A DNA stretch of 40,559 bases from Candidatus Kaiserbacteria bacterium. Its GTDB lineage: Bacteria; Patescibacteriota; Minisyncoccia; Phycocordibacterales; UBA2100. Position 1 is the first letter of the stretch. Every line of letters starts with the position of its first letter. A program made the position numbers and the translations under genes. Below the pieces are notes generated by a model that saw only the letters and a program-made list of their open reading frames with translations, did not search any database and was not told where the DNA came from. The stretch is taken from contig JACPLD010000001.1 of the NCBI GenBank assembly GCA_016186765.1, positions 1 to 40,559 of the forward strand, in the 5' to 3' direction. Positions 26,177 through 34,846 of this stretch are shown piece after piece.

Positions 26177-27646
26177 ATGAAAAATCTGGGCGAGAAGTGC
26201 GCGGTATTCGGGGTTTACGGAAAAGGTCTCGACGTCGCACGGCTCTCCTTCTTCGGACTCTTTTCGCTCCAGCATCGCGGACAAGAAAGCTCCGGGATCG
26301 CGACCTCTAATGGCGACACACTCACGCTGCATAAGGCCATGGGGCTTGTCTCGCAGGTTTTCACTGACGAGCTCATCAAGAGTCTGAAGGGGCATATCGC
26401 CGTCGGACATAATCGCTATTCGACGACCGGCGGCTCGAAGGTAAAGCACGCGCAGCCCATGCTCGCTGCAGGTTCTTCGTCCATTCAAAAAGTGCTCTAC
26501 GAAGATCCCCACCCGAGTCTCCACGATTCGGTCTCACTCTCCTCGATGCCAGATGATGGCGCGATCGCGCTTGTGCACAACGGCAATCTTCCGAGCACGA
26601 ACGCGCTAGAACACTTCTTACGTAAAAAGGATATTGATCCTTCGGATTTCTCCGATTCGCGGATGATGGTGGAAGCGATCGCAGCTTGCATGCGCGACGG
26701 AGTTGAGCTCACGAAAGCGGTCAAAGAGATCTTGCCGCTCTTTACCGGCGCATACTCGATTCTCATCATGTCGCGGGACAAGCTCGTAGCGCTCCGCGAC
26801 CAGTGCGGCATACGACCTCTCGCACTTGCGCGTTTGAACGGCGGTTACATCATTGCCTCGGAAACCTGTGCTTTCGCTCCCATCGGCGCGGAGTTCGTTC
26901 GCGAGATCAACGCGGGAGAAATGCTTGTCATCGACGAGAGAGGGATCCACAGCGAGCAAGTATTGCCGCCAAATCCGAAGCTCGACATTTTCGAGTTCGT
27001 CTACTTCGCGCGCCCAGATAGCGAGCTTCTGGGCAAGTCGGTCTACGAAATGCGTAAGGCATGCGGGATTCAGCTCGCAGCGGAATACGGAATAGAGGCT
27101 GACGTTGTCATTCCGGTGCCCGAGACGGCGGTTCCTGCCGCGATCGGCTATTCCCAGGCGACGGGCATTCCGATGGAAGCGGGGCTTACGAAGAATCGAT
27201 ACATCCACCGTACCTTTATCACCCCAGAGCAGCACGTGCGCGAGCAGGGTGTGAAAGCAAAGCTCACACCGCTTCCGGCGATTATCCGTGGCAAGCGGGT
27301 GGTTGTTATGGACGATTCCATCGTTCGTGGGACGACGTCGCGGCAAATCGTCGCGATGCTCTTTGAGGCGGGCGCCAAAGAAGTCCACTTTCTCGTTTCC
27401 TCGCCACCGGTAAAGTTCCCAGATTTCTACGGCATTGATACCCCGCGGCAAGGCGAGCTCATCGCGGCGACCAAATCAGTCGAGGAAATAGAGCAGTATC
27501 TCCGCGCCACCTCGCTCCACTACCTTTCGTATGAGGGGATGATCAAGGCAACCGGTCTTCCCGAAAACGTATTTTCTACCTCCTGCTTTACCGGCGTCTA
27601 TCCAATAGATATCTGCGAGCGCGCGAAAGAGATTCGTTACTCCTAA
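26177..27646 (+). CDS. purF: Amidophosphoribosyltransferase
   Basis: Short propeptide then CAVFG, LQHRGQES, GHNRYSTTG, HNGNL, GIRPL, FEFVYFARPDS, VMDDSIVRGTT. Confidence 0.96.
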   Translation: MKNLGEKCAVFGVYGKGLDVARLSFFGLFSLQHRGQESSGIATSNGDTLTLHKAMGLVSQVFTDELIKSLKGHIAVGHNRYSTTGGSKVKHAQPMLAAGSSSIQKVLYEDPHPSLHDSVSLSSMPDDGAIALVHNGNLPSTNALEHFLRKKDIDPSDFSDSRMMVEAIAACMRDGVELTKAVKEILPLFTGAYSILIMSRDKLVALRDQCGIRPLALARLNGGYIIASETCAFAPIGAEFVREINAGEMLVIDERGIHSEQVLPPNPKLDIFEFVYFARPDSELLGKSVYEMRKACGIQLAAEYGIEADVVIPVPETAVPAAIGYSQATGIPMEAGLTKNRYIHRTFITPEQHVREQGVKAKLTPLPAIIRGKRVVVMDDSIVRGTTSRQIVAMLFEAGAKEVHFLVSSPPVKFPDFYGIDTPRQGELIAATKSVEEIEQYLRATSLHYLSYEGMIKATGLPENVFSTSCFTGVYPIDICERAKEIRYS

Positions 27647-27715
27647 ACCGCGTCCAGCTGATTTTTCCGTCGGACTAGCATACTGCAGCGATCATGGTCT
27701 AATGTGGTTCTTCAC

Positions 27716-27770
27716 TTGACCCCCATTCCCCACATCCCTATACTTTACTTTATGGTAAAGTATCGGGATG
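27716..27770 (+). promoter_or_regulatory. Promoter and palindromic operator of the ArsR-SRPBCC pair
   Basis: TTGACC-17-TATACT; inverted repeat CATCCC-T-ATACTTTAC..GTAAAGTAT-C-GGGATG spanning the -10 and start codon. Confidence 0.7.
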
Positions 27771-28084
27771 GGGAGAAAATGCTTGATGCGCTCGGCTTGC
27801 CGCTGCGTCGGAGCATGGTGCGTCGTCTATGGCACGGAGGTGCGATGTCTCTTTCGAAGCTCGCTGCGCCCTACGAACTCACGCTTCCGGCCGCTCTGAA
27901 GCATCTTCGTGTCCTCGAAGACTCTGGCATCGTCAAATCGCATAAACGCGGACGCGTACGCGTGTGCATATACAACCCTTCTGCCCTCAAAGAGCTCGGC
28001 GGCTGGCTTGCATCGCACAGCGCATTCTGGGAGTCGAGCTTCGATCGCTTTGAGGCAATTATTAATAAAAAGAAAAAGAACTAA
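27752..28084 (+). CDS. ArsR/SmtB family transcriptional regulator
   Basis: DALG.P.RR, LA.PY.LTLPAALKHLRVLEDSGIV...KRGRVR; start ATG 27752 follows the -10. Confidence 0.9.
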   Translation: MVKYRDGEKMLDALGLPLRRSMVRRLWHGGAMSLSKLAAPYELTLPAALKHLRVLEDSGIVKSHKRGRVRVCIYNPSALKELGGWLASHSAFWESSFDRFEAIINKKKKN

Positions 28085-28086
28085 CT

Positions 28087-28518
28087 ATGGCAGATGTAAG
28101 ACTGACCATTACCCGCACCTTTGACGCAAAGCCTGAGGAGGTCTTTGAGGCGTGGATCGATCCGAAGATGGTCGCGCAATGGTATGGACCGGAAGGATTT
28201 ACGAACGAGATCCACGAGTTCGACGCTCGTGAGGGTGGCGTGTACCACCTCACCATGAAAGGCCCGAATGGCGAGACGCATCCGCTCCGTGGCGTTTTCA
28301 AGACGATTCAGCGGCCGACGAAGCTCGTGCTCACGTGGCAATGGCAAAACGGGGAAGCATGGGGCACGGAAACGATAGTAACGGTCGAGTTCAAAGCGAT
28401 GGGGAACAAAACGGAGATGACGATGATGCACAGCGGATTTGCCGACGAAAAGCAAAAGGAGATGCACGATCAAGGTTGGTCATCGAGTTTTGGTAAGCTC
28501 GACAAGGTAGTTGGATAG
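28087..28518 (+). CDS. SRPBCC/AHSA1 domain protein
   Basis: ITRTFDA.PEEVFEAW.DP..QWYGP, D.REGG.Y, HDQGW. Confidence 0.92.
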   Translation: MADVRLTITRTFDAKPEEVFEAWIDPKMVAQWYGPEGFTNEIHEFDAREGGVYHLTMKGPNGETHPLRGVFKTIQRPTKLVLTWQWQNGEAWGTETIVTVEFKAMGNKTEMTMMHSGFADEKQKEMHDQGWSSSFGKLDKVVG

Positions 28519-28563
28519 CCACTCCTACTGGACGAAGAGACGGTCGTCTTGTAGTGTAGGCCG

Positions 28564-29802
28564 ATGTCATACACGCCGAGTGAGACGATTCTTAAAAAAT
28601 ACGCTGATGTTTTAGTGAACTTTGCGCTCGGTGGAGGAAAGGGGATCAAGAAAGGTGACGTCGTACGCGTTTCCGCGAGCGAATCCTGCAAGCCTCTCTA
28701 TATCGCGGTGTGCAATGCTGTGGTGGACGCGGGAGGTCATGTGCTCTCGCACTACGGTCCCGACGACGAACACGGCGACAAGCGCCGCAACATCAGCGTC
28801 TCCCGCTATTTCTACGAACACGCGAGCGACGAGCAGATCAGATTTTTCCCAGAGAAGTACCTCAAAGGTCTCGTCGAGCAAATGGATCACTCGGTCTTTC
28901 TGCTTGCGGAAAAAGACCCGCATGCCCTGAAGGGTGTGGACCCAAAGAAGATCATGGCGCGGGGCGTCGCGCTGAAGCCTTTCATGGACTGGAGGCACGA
29001 AAAGGAGTGGAAGGGAAAATTCACCTGGACAATAGCGCTCTATGGCACTCCTGCGATGGCGAAAGAAGCGGGCCTTTCCGAAAAGGAATACTGGGATCAA
29101 ATAATCAAAGCGTGTTTCCTCGACCAGAAAAATCCCATTGCGAAGTGGAAGAGAGTCTACCGTGACATCGAAAAGTATCGCAGCCGACTGAACAAGCTCT
29201 CGCCGCGGATCGATCGGTTGCATGCAAAGGGCCCCGATATGGACCTCTGGATAAAACTTGGTGACAAACGTCACTGGCACGCCGGAAGCGGTCGCAACAT
29301 CCCGAGCTTCGAGATTTTCACATCGCCTGATTGGCGCGGTACGGAAGGGTGGATTCGGTTCAATCAGCCGCTCTATCGCTATAGTAACAAGATTACAGGC
29401 ATACAGCTGTGGTTCAAAAGGGGCCGCGTTGTCAGATCTTCGGCGAAGACGAATGAGAAGCTCCTTAAGGAGATGATCGCAACGAAAGGCGCAGATAAGA
29501 TCGGAGAGTACTCGCTTACCGATTCCCGTCACTCGCGCATTACGAAGTTCATGGCGGAGACCTTGTTCGACGAGAACATGGGCGGACGGTTCGGCAACAC
29601 GCATCTCGCGCTTGGGATGAGCTACCGCGATACCTATGCGGGCGACGTCGGCAAGCTCACCGACAAGGAGGCGAAGCGTCTCGGCTTCAACGATTCATCG
29701 GTGCATACCGACATGATTTCGACTACCCGCCGCACCGTGACCGCGCATCTTAAGAACGGCAGGAAAAAAGTAATCTACAAAGACGGCAAATTCGTGCTGT
29801 AG
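28564..29802 (+). CDS. Aminopeptidase (M29 family)
   Basis: NIPSFEIFTSP, IGEYSL, LFDENMGG, HLALG, NDSSVHTDM. Confidence 0.92.
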   Translation: MSYTPSETILKKYADVLVNFALGGGKGIKKGDVVRVSASESCKPLYIAVCNAVVDAGGHVLSHYGPDDEHGDKRRNISVSRYFYEHASDEQIRFFPEKYLKGLVEQMDHSVFLLAEKDPHALKGVDPKKIMARGVALKPFMDWRHEKEWKGKFTWTIALYGTPAMAKEAGLSEKEYWDQIIKACFLDQKNPIAKWKRVYRDIEKYRSRLNKLSPRIDRLHAKGPDMDLWIKLGDKRHWHAGSGRNIPSFEIFTSPDWRGTEGWIRFNQPLYRYSNKITGIQLWFKRGRVVRSSAKTNEKLLKEMIATKGADKIGEYSLTDSRHSRITKFMAETLFDENMGGRFGNTHLALGMSYRDTYAGDVGKLTDKEAKRLGFNDSSVHTDMISTTRRTVTAHLKNGRKKVIYKDGKFVL

Positions 29803-29811
29803 AATTCGGTG

Positions 29812-30471
29812 ATGAAGACCGTCTACTTTGTCCGGCATGGAGAGAGCACGGCGAATGCCGGCTTTCCGACCTATCAGGGCGAAGCAAGCAAGCTCAGCGA
29901 AAAAGGCATTGAACAGGCGCACTTCATCGCAAAACGCTGCAAAAAGCTCCACGTCGATGTGCTTATCGCAAGCACGGCAACACGCGCGAAGCAAACTGCG
30001 GACTACATAGCTAGCGAAATTAGCAGAGACGTTGAGGTCAATGAACTTTTTACCGAACGGAAACTGCCAAGCGAGCTTGTCGGACGCTCACGTTCGGATC
30101 CCGATGCGCAAGCAATGGAAGAGGCATGGCTACAATCGTTCTTTCAAGAGGATGTTCGTGTCGGGAGCGGAGAGAACTTCTCCTTGCTGAAGGCCCGCGT
30201 CATGTCTGCGCTCGACTACCTACGTGATCGGCCTGAAGAACACATCCTCGTTGTGACGCACGGCTTTTTTCTCCACATGACTGCAGCCCTCGTCATGCTC
30301 GGGGAGGCGGTGTCGGCCGAGGAATTCGGAAAAGTCGCCCCTGCTATGTGGATGGATAATACCGGCCTCACGCGCATTGACCATCGGGATGAAGTCTTGA
30401 GACGCATCGATCGGAAGCGCCATCGAGGGTGGGTTTTGAGGGTGTGGAACGATCACGCGCACTTAGGGTAA
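29812..30471 (+). CDS. Histidine phosphatase (phosphoglycerate mutase) family protein
   Basis: YFVRHGES, RAKQTA, GENF, LVVTHG, WNDHAHL. Confidence 0.92.
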   Translation: MKTVYFVRHGESTANAGFPTYQGEASKLSEKGIEQAHFIAKRCKKLHVDVLIASTATRAKQTADYIASEISRDVEVNELFTERKLPSELVGRSRSDPDAQAMEEAWLQSFFQEDVRVGSGENFSLLKARVMSALDYLRDRPEEHILVVTHGFFLHMTAALVMLGEAVSAEEFGKVAPAMWMDNTGLTRIDHRDEVLRRIDRKRHRGWVLRVWNDHAHLG

Positions 30472-30515
30472 GGCAAAAGCCTGCCTGCCGGCAGGCAGGA
30501 TAAAGGGCAAAAGTG
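30472..30515. repeat. Intergenic heptamer array containing a perfect 20-bp palindrome
   Basis: GGCAAAA G[CCTGCCTGCCGGCAGGCAGG]ATAAAG GGCAAAA GTG. Confidence 0.85.
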
Positions 30516-30533
30516 AAGCTCTGAAATGTGTGA

Positions 30534-30561
30534 AAGAAGACGGCTGTAAGGCCGTCTTCTT
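30534..30561. terminator. Perfect 11-bp hairpin, probable terminator
   Basis: AAGAAGACGGC-TGTAAG-GCCGTCTTCTT. Confidence 0.65.
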
Positions 30562-30642
30562 GCATTGAGGCATGCACATTCCCGCTGTCTTCAATGGTCG
30601 AATTCACCTCGGTTACATAATTATAAGAAACGATTGAAATCT

Positions 30643-31029
30643 ATGGCAAAAATTGAACACATTGACGAAGTGCCCTCCCGACGCGCGATCTATCTGGGTG
30701 CAGGAGTCATTGTCGCGCTTGCAATCGCGCTTGCGACCGTTACCCATGCTGATGAGCGTGGCGAGCGGCCGGAAAGACCGGAGCGTCCCGAGCGCGAAGG
30801 CGGCACAGCACTCTCTGGCACAACGACCTCAACGTGGACAGTTCACGCGATTCATGTCGAGGATAAGACTCGTCACCCGAAACCGCCTAAGCCACCGAAG
30901 GTTCTCGCGATGTCGACCGTGCAGACGAGCGCTACGACGACGGCTCAACTGCGGATCGACGCATTGCTGCGTGTCATTGAAAGGCTGCAGGCGATTGTCG
31001 ATCAGTGGAAGGTTAGGTTCAGCCTCTAG
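30643..31029 (+). CDS. Exported low-complexity hypothetical protein
   Basis: Hydrophobic signal/TM segment, ERPERPERPER and PKPPKPPK runs, C-terminal amphipathic helix; followed by a hairpin. Confidence 0.65.
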   Translation: MAKIEHIDEVPSRRAIYLGAGVIVALAIALATVTHADERGERPERPERPEREGGTALSGTTTSTWTVHAIHVEDKTRHPKPPKPPKVLAMSTVQTSATTTAQLRIDALLRVIERLQAIVDQWKVRFSL

Positions 31030-31037
31030 GCCCCTCT

Positions 31038-31074
31038 TAACACTATCCCCGCCAGAAAAGCGGGGGTAGTGTTA
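31038..31074. terminator. 15-bp hairpin terminator
   Basis: TAACACTATCCCCGC-CAGAAAA-GCGGGGGTAGTGTTA. Confidence 0.75.
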
Positions 31075-31128
31075 TGCACGCTTCGGCCAAACTCACCACA
31101 AGTGTGTCCATGATATAGTCATACTCCC

Positions 31129-31650
31129 ATGAGTGGAGCGTTGAAGTTCATCATAGGCTGGATGGCGGTTTTTCTTTTCCGCCTCATTCCCTTCCGTCCG
31201 CCCAATTTCGAGCCGATGCTTAGCGTTGTGATGCCTTTCTCGAAGCACTATGGTGTCACGGGCAGTTTTCTTTTTGGGTTCCTCGGCATCGTTCTCTACG
31301 ACGCGGTAACGAGCGGATGGGGGACGTGGACATGGGTAACGGCAATCTGCTACGGTCTTTTGGGGGTCGGCGCACACTATTTTTTCAAGAACCGCGACGC
31401 CTCGGTAAAAAACTTCCTCGTGTTCGGTGTTCCGGGAACGATAGCTTACGACACGGTAACGATGATGATCGGTCCAATTTTTAACGGCCAATCACTTGCC
31501 GTTGCCTTCGTCGGGCAAATTCCTTTTACCTTGATGCACGTCTTGGGCACTGTCGTCTTCGCGACACTCCTCAGTCCCGCACTCTATCGCTGGGTCGTTT
31601 CTAACGAGGCGATGGAATTTTCTGGAGTGCGACGTTCTATTGCGCAGTAG
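31129..31650 (+). CDS. ECF-type transporter S component-like membrane protein
   Basis: 173 aa, about 5-6 TM segments; FRLIPFRPPNFEP resembles the RL.P.PPNF.P motif of BtuM/DUF6580-like S components. Confidence 0.7.
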   Translation: MSGALKFIIGWMAVFLFRLIPFRPPNFEPMLSVVMPFSKHYGVTGSFLFGFLGIVLYDAVTSGWGTWTWVTAICYGLLGVGAHYFFKNRDASVKNFLVFGVPGTIAYDTVTMMIGPIFNGQSLAVAFVGQIPFTLMHVLGTVVFATLLSPALYRWVVSNEAMEFSGVRRSIAQ

Positions 31651-31658
31651 ACCCAGGT

Positions 31659-31701
31659 GTATACCCCGTGAGATAGAACCCCGGTATCTCATGGGGTATA
31701 C
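31659..31701. promoter_or_regulatory. 17-bp inverted repeat overlapping the pyrB -10
   Basis: GTATACCCCGTGAGATA-9 nt-TATCTCATGGGGTATAC, one mismatch. Confidence 0.6.
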
Positions 31702-31709
31702 TCACTCCG

Positions 31710-32621
31710 ATGAAGCTGCACCATCTCATTGAGACCCAACAATTCGACCGGAGCTCGCTCAAGCAACTTTTTGATCTCGCCACCTCGCTCGAAGGCAAGC
31801 GCGAGCGCTCGCTCGAGGGCAAGATACTCGCCTCGCTCTTTTATGAGCCTTCGACGCGTACGCGGTTCTCGTTCGAGTCAGCGATGCTCCGGCTTGGCGG
31901 TGACGTTCTGACCATGGAGAGCGTGCGCGACTCCTCTTCCGACAAGAAAGGGGAGACGCTCGAAGACGCCATAAAGGTCATCAATCACTACGCCGACGCC
32001 ATCGTACTCCGGCATTCGGAGACCGGCTCGGCTGCCCGCGCAGCGGCGGTTTCCAAGGTTCCTATCATCAATGGTGGTGATGGCAATCTCGGGCAGCATC
32101 CCACGCAAGCCCTTCTCGATCTCTACACGGTGCAGCGCGAGCTTGGCCGCCAGGATGACATCCACATTGCATTTGTCGGTAATCTTAAATATTACCGCTC
32201 TGCTCGGTCGCTCTCCTATCTCCTCAGCAAGTACAAGAACATCCGCATCACGTTCGTCTCAGTGCCGGAGCTGCAGATGGGTGATGATGTCAAACAGCAT
32301 TTGCGCGAGAACAATGTGCGTTTCCAAGAGACGGATGATATGCAAAGCATCATCAGAGATGTGGATGTTCTCTATCAGACGCGGATAGCCAAGGAATGGA
32401 TAACAACGGGTGATTACGAATCGCTCAAGGGCCGATATGTCATCACGCGCCCTATAGCAGATTCTATGAAAAAGGGCGCCATCATCATTCATCCGCTACC
32501 GCGTGTGGACGAGATAGCGATAGAGGTGGACGATTCCCCACATGCCGTGTATTTCAAGCAGGTTGGCTACGGACTCATCGTCCGCATGGCCATACTCAAG
32601 ACCATTCTCAACGGAAAATAA
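31710..32621 (+). CDS. pyrB: Aspartate carbamoyltransferase catalytic subunit
   Basis: FYEPSTRTRFSF, KGETLED, QHPTQALLD, HPLPR. Confidence 0.96.
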   Translation: MKLHHLIETQQFDRSSLKQLFDLATSLEGKRERSLEGKILASLFYEPSTRTRFSFESAMLRLGGDVLTMESVRDSSSDKKGETLEDAIKVINHYADAIVLRHSETGSAARAAAVSKVPIINGGDGNLGQHPTQALLDLYTVQRELGRQDDIHIAFVGNLKYYRSARSLSYLLSKYKNIRITFVSVPELQMGDDVKQHLRENNVRFQETDDMQSIIRDVDVLYQTRIAKEWITTGDYESLKGRYVITRPIADSMKKGAIIIHPLPRVDEIAIEVDDSPHAVYFKQVGYGLIVRMAILKTILNGK

Positions 32622-33375
32622 AGAAAAAGAAGAGAGCTGCTACGAATATCCGGTAGATGCCGAATGGAATGAACGAGCGGGTCCGGACGAATGCGAGAAA
32701 CAGCTTGATGGTAAGCAGCGCGATCACGAACGATGTTACAAATCCGATTGCGAGTGAGAGAACATTGGCGCTCGAGAGGGAGCCGGCATTCTTGAGGAGA
32801 TCGTATCCCGTTGCGGCGAGCATCGTCGGGACGGCAAGGAGGAACGAGAACTCAACTATCGCTACGCGTCGTATACCCAATGCTAATCCTCCCACTATCG
32901 TTGCTGCGGAACGCGAGACGCCGGGTACGATAGCGATAGCTTGGAAGAGCCCGATGAGGAACGATTGCGTATAGGAGATCTCCGAAGGAGACGCTGCGCC
33001 ATCAGATTCTTTGTGGATTAGCTCGAAGACGATAAGTGCGATGCCCCCGAGGAGAAGTGCCCATAGCACGATCACCTCACTTCCCAGAAGGTACGATTTC
33101 ACGAATGGATATGCAGCAAAACCGATGATGCCTGTGGGAATGAAGCCGAGCACAAGACGTTTCAAAACTTCGAGTTCTAGGAAGGATTTCCAGTAGAGCA
33201 CGGCAACAGAAAGAATGGCACCGAGCTGAATCGCGATTTCGAATGTCTTGAGAAAATCGGATTCGGGAATGCGCAAAAGTTCGCTCACGAGAATGAGATG
33301 CCCCGTGGAAGAAACGGGCAGGAATTCGGTTGCTCCCTCGACGATGCCGAGAACAAAGCTTTCAAGGATGCCCAT
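32608..33375 (-). CDS. uppP: Undecaprenyl-diphosphate phosphatase
   Basis: GIVEGATEFLPVSSTGHL, IQLGAIL, PGVSRSAATI, FSFLLAVP. Confidence 0.95.
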   Translation of the reverse strand: MGILESFVLGIVEGATEFLPVSSTGHLILVSELLRIPESDFLKTFEIAIQLGAILSVAVLYWKSFLELEVLKRLVLGFIPTGIIGFAAYPFVKSYLLGSEVIVLWALLLGGIALIVFELIHKESDGAASPSEISYTQSFLIGLFQAIAIVPGVSRSAATIVGGLALGIRRVAIVEFSFLLAVPTMLAATGYDLLKNAGSLSSANVLSLAIGFVTSFVIALLTIKLFLAFVRTRSFIPFGIYRIFVAALFFFFIFR

Positions 33376-33916
33376 TGCGGACTATTTTCGCATACTTCCA
33401 TCCCAGCCACACGCAAAACGAGCCCAAGAGTACTCCTCCAAGGACGTCACTTGGATAGTGAACTCCAAGGTAAATACGACTCAACGATACGAGAATGATA
33501 GTGAGTGCCATTCCTACAATGCCGACATATCGCCATATCTGTCGGTCGATACGTCGCCACGCGAGGAGTAAGAGAAAACCGTACAGCGCAACGGCAAGCG
33601 CAGCGTGAGCGCTTGGAAATGAATACCAGGTCTCGAGATAGGCTTGAAATTCGCCCGGTGGCCTCGCACGCTCGACGAGTCCCTTTAAGATAAGTATCAG
33701 TATTCCTGCCGACGCTACAGAAATCGAAAGGCCGAACGCATATGCGTATTTTCGCTTCGAAACGAGTATGAGCACTACGCATACAGCGACTGCGTAGATT
33801 AGCCATGCGCGCCCAAGCATGCTTATCCATATGAACATTGCTATGAGATTTGAATCTCGCACCGTAAAAAGCGCCTCAAGTATTCGCATGTCGAAGGCGG
33901 ACAGAGCCGCCATCAT
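33362..33916 (-). CDS. PAP2 family phosphatase
   Basis: KGLVERARP, SFPSAH, SRIYLGVHYPSDVLGG. Confidence 0.92.
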   Translation of the reverse strand: MMAALSAFDMRILEALFTVRDSNLIAMFIWISMLGRAWLIYAVAVCVVLILVSKRKYAYAFGLSISVASAGILILILKGLVERARPPGEFQAYLETWYSFPSAHAALAVALYGFLLLLAWRRIDRQIWRYVGIVGMALTIILVSLSRIYLGVHYPSDVLGGVLLGSFCVWLGWKYAKIVRNGHP

Positions 33917-34275
33917 ATGAGCGCAAAGAGGCGAGGCACAAAAATGATGGTGCCAATGATGAAGGCTGCGGCGGACGCAATGAGGACCGCTGCTGCGGCG
34001 AGATCTTTGATCTTCCTAATGTGAGGATCTGGGTCGCCCTTCACCATGTCGCAAAACTCCTCGAGTGCAGTATTAAAAGCTTCAGCCGCGAGCACGAAGC
34101 CGATGATGAGAATGACCAGAGCCCATTCGATGGGGGATATCGCAAGAAACCATCCGAGGAAGAGCACGAGAATCGCGACTGCTATTTGCAGCTTGAAACT
34201 GAATTCTTCCCGCCACGCGATCTGTATGCCATTCAATGCATACCGAACGTTGTGTACCTTTTTCTCGAGCGCCAT
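33913..34275 (-). CDS. dgkA: DgkA-family diacylglycerol/undecaprenol kinase
   Basis: YALNGI...EFSF, EAFNTALEE..D, KIKDLAAAAVL; TATAAT 7 nt before ATG 34275. Confidence 0.9.
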   Translation of the reverse strand: MALEKKVHNVRYALNGIQIAWREEFSFKLQIAVAILVLFLGWFLAISPIEWALVILIIGFVLAAEAFNTALEEFCDMVKGDPDPHIRKIKDLAAAAVLIASAAAFIIGTIIFVPRLFALI

Positions 34276-34351
34276 CCTCCGTATTATACGCTGCCTTTTT
34301 TGCTGACGGACATCTTGCCGAAGAGAGAAGGGTAGATGCCGTTGTCCCCAT

Positions 34352-34380
34352 CCAAATTTGCAAGAAACTTGCAAATTTGG
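34352..34380. promoter_or_regulatory. Perfect 13-3-13 palindrome, candidate Fur/Zur-family operator
   Basis: CCAAATTTGCAAG-AAA-CTTGCAAATTTGG directly upstream of the Fur-family gene. Confidence 0.7.
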
Positions 34381-34396
34381 TAGGGTGGGTGGGTTC

Positions 34397-34846
34397 ATGG
34401 GGCACGGTTATAAATATTACAAAGGAAGCGACAGAAAAGTCTTACAGGCCGTTTTACGCGACAAGGATTTTTATTCCACTGAGGGGCGCCTGCAACTGCT
34501 CTCGTTTCTAAAAAAGGCCTCGGCACCAGTATCTGTTCCCGAAGTCACCAAGCAGATCGGCAAAAATCTTGTCGAAGCCAATGTCTACCGCGCGCTTGAA
34601 GCGCTTGCCGACGCCGGAGTTCTTGCTCGTTCCGACATCCGACGCGGCGGCGCACACTATGAATATCCTCATTCGCACCATCACCATATCGTCTGCAGCA
34701 ATTGTGGCCATACTGAGGAGGTCGAAGATTGTGGTGGTAAGTCGATGGAGAGACGCGCATTTCGTAACTCAGAGTCATTTGCGGAAGTTCGGACGCATGC
34801 GCTCGAATTTTTTGGCTTGTGCAGAGCCTGCGCGCACGCGCGATGA
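34397..34846 (+). CDS. Fur-family regulator (Zur-like)
   Basis: ANVYRALEAL, HHHHIVCSNCG, FFGLCRAC; coupled to a ZIP transporter. Confidence 0.9.
   Translation: MGHGYKYYKGSDRKVLQAVLRDKDFYSTEGRLQLLSFLKKASAPVSVPEVTKQIGKNLVEANVYRALEALADAGVLARSDIRRGGAHYEYPHSHHHHIVCSNCGHTEEVEDCGGKSMERRAFRNSESFAEVRTHALEFFGLCRACAHAR

Noticed and set aside
30751-30900. ERP and PKP repeats as DNA repeat-element insertions
   Set aside because: Codons vary synonymously and there is no hairpin, so this is protein-level low complexity.
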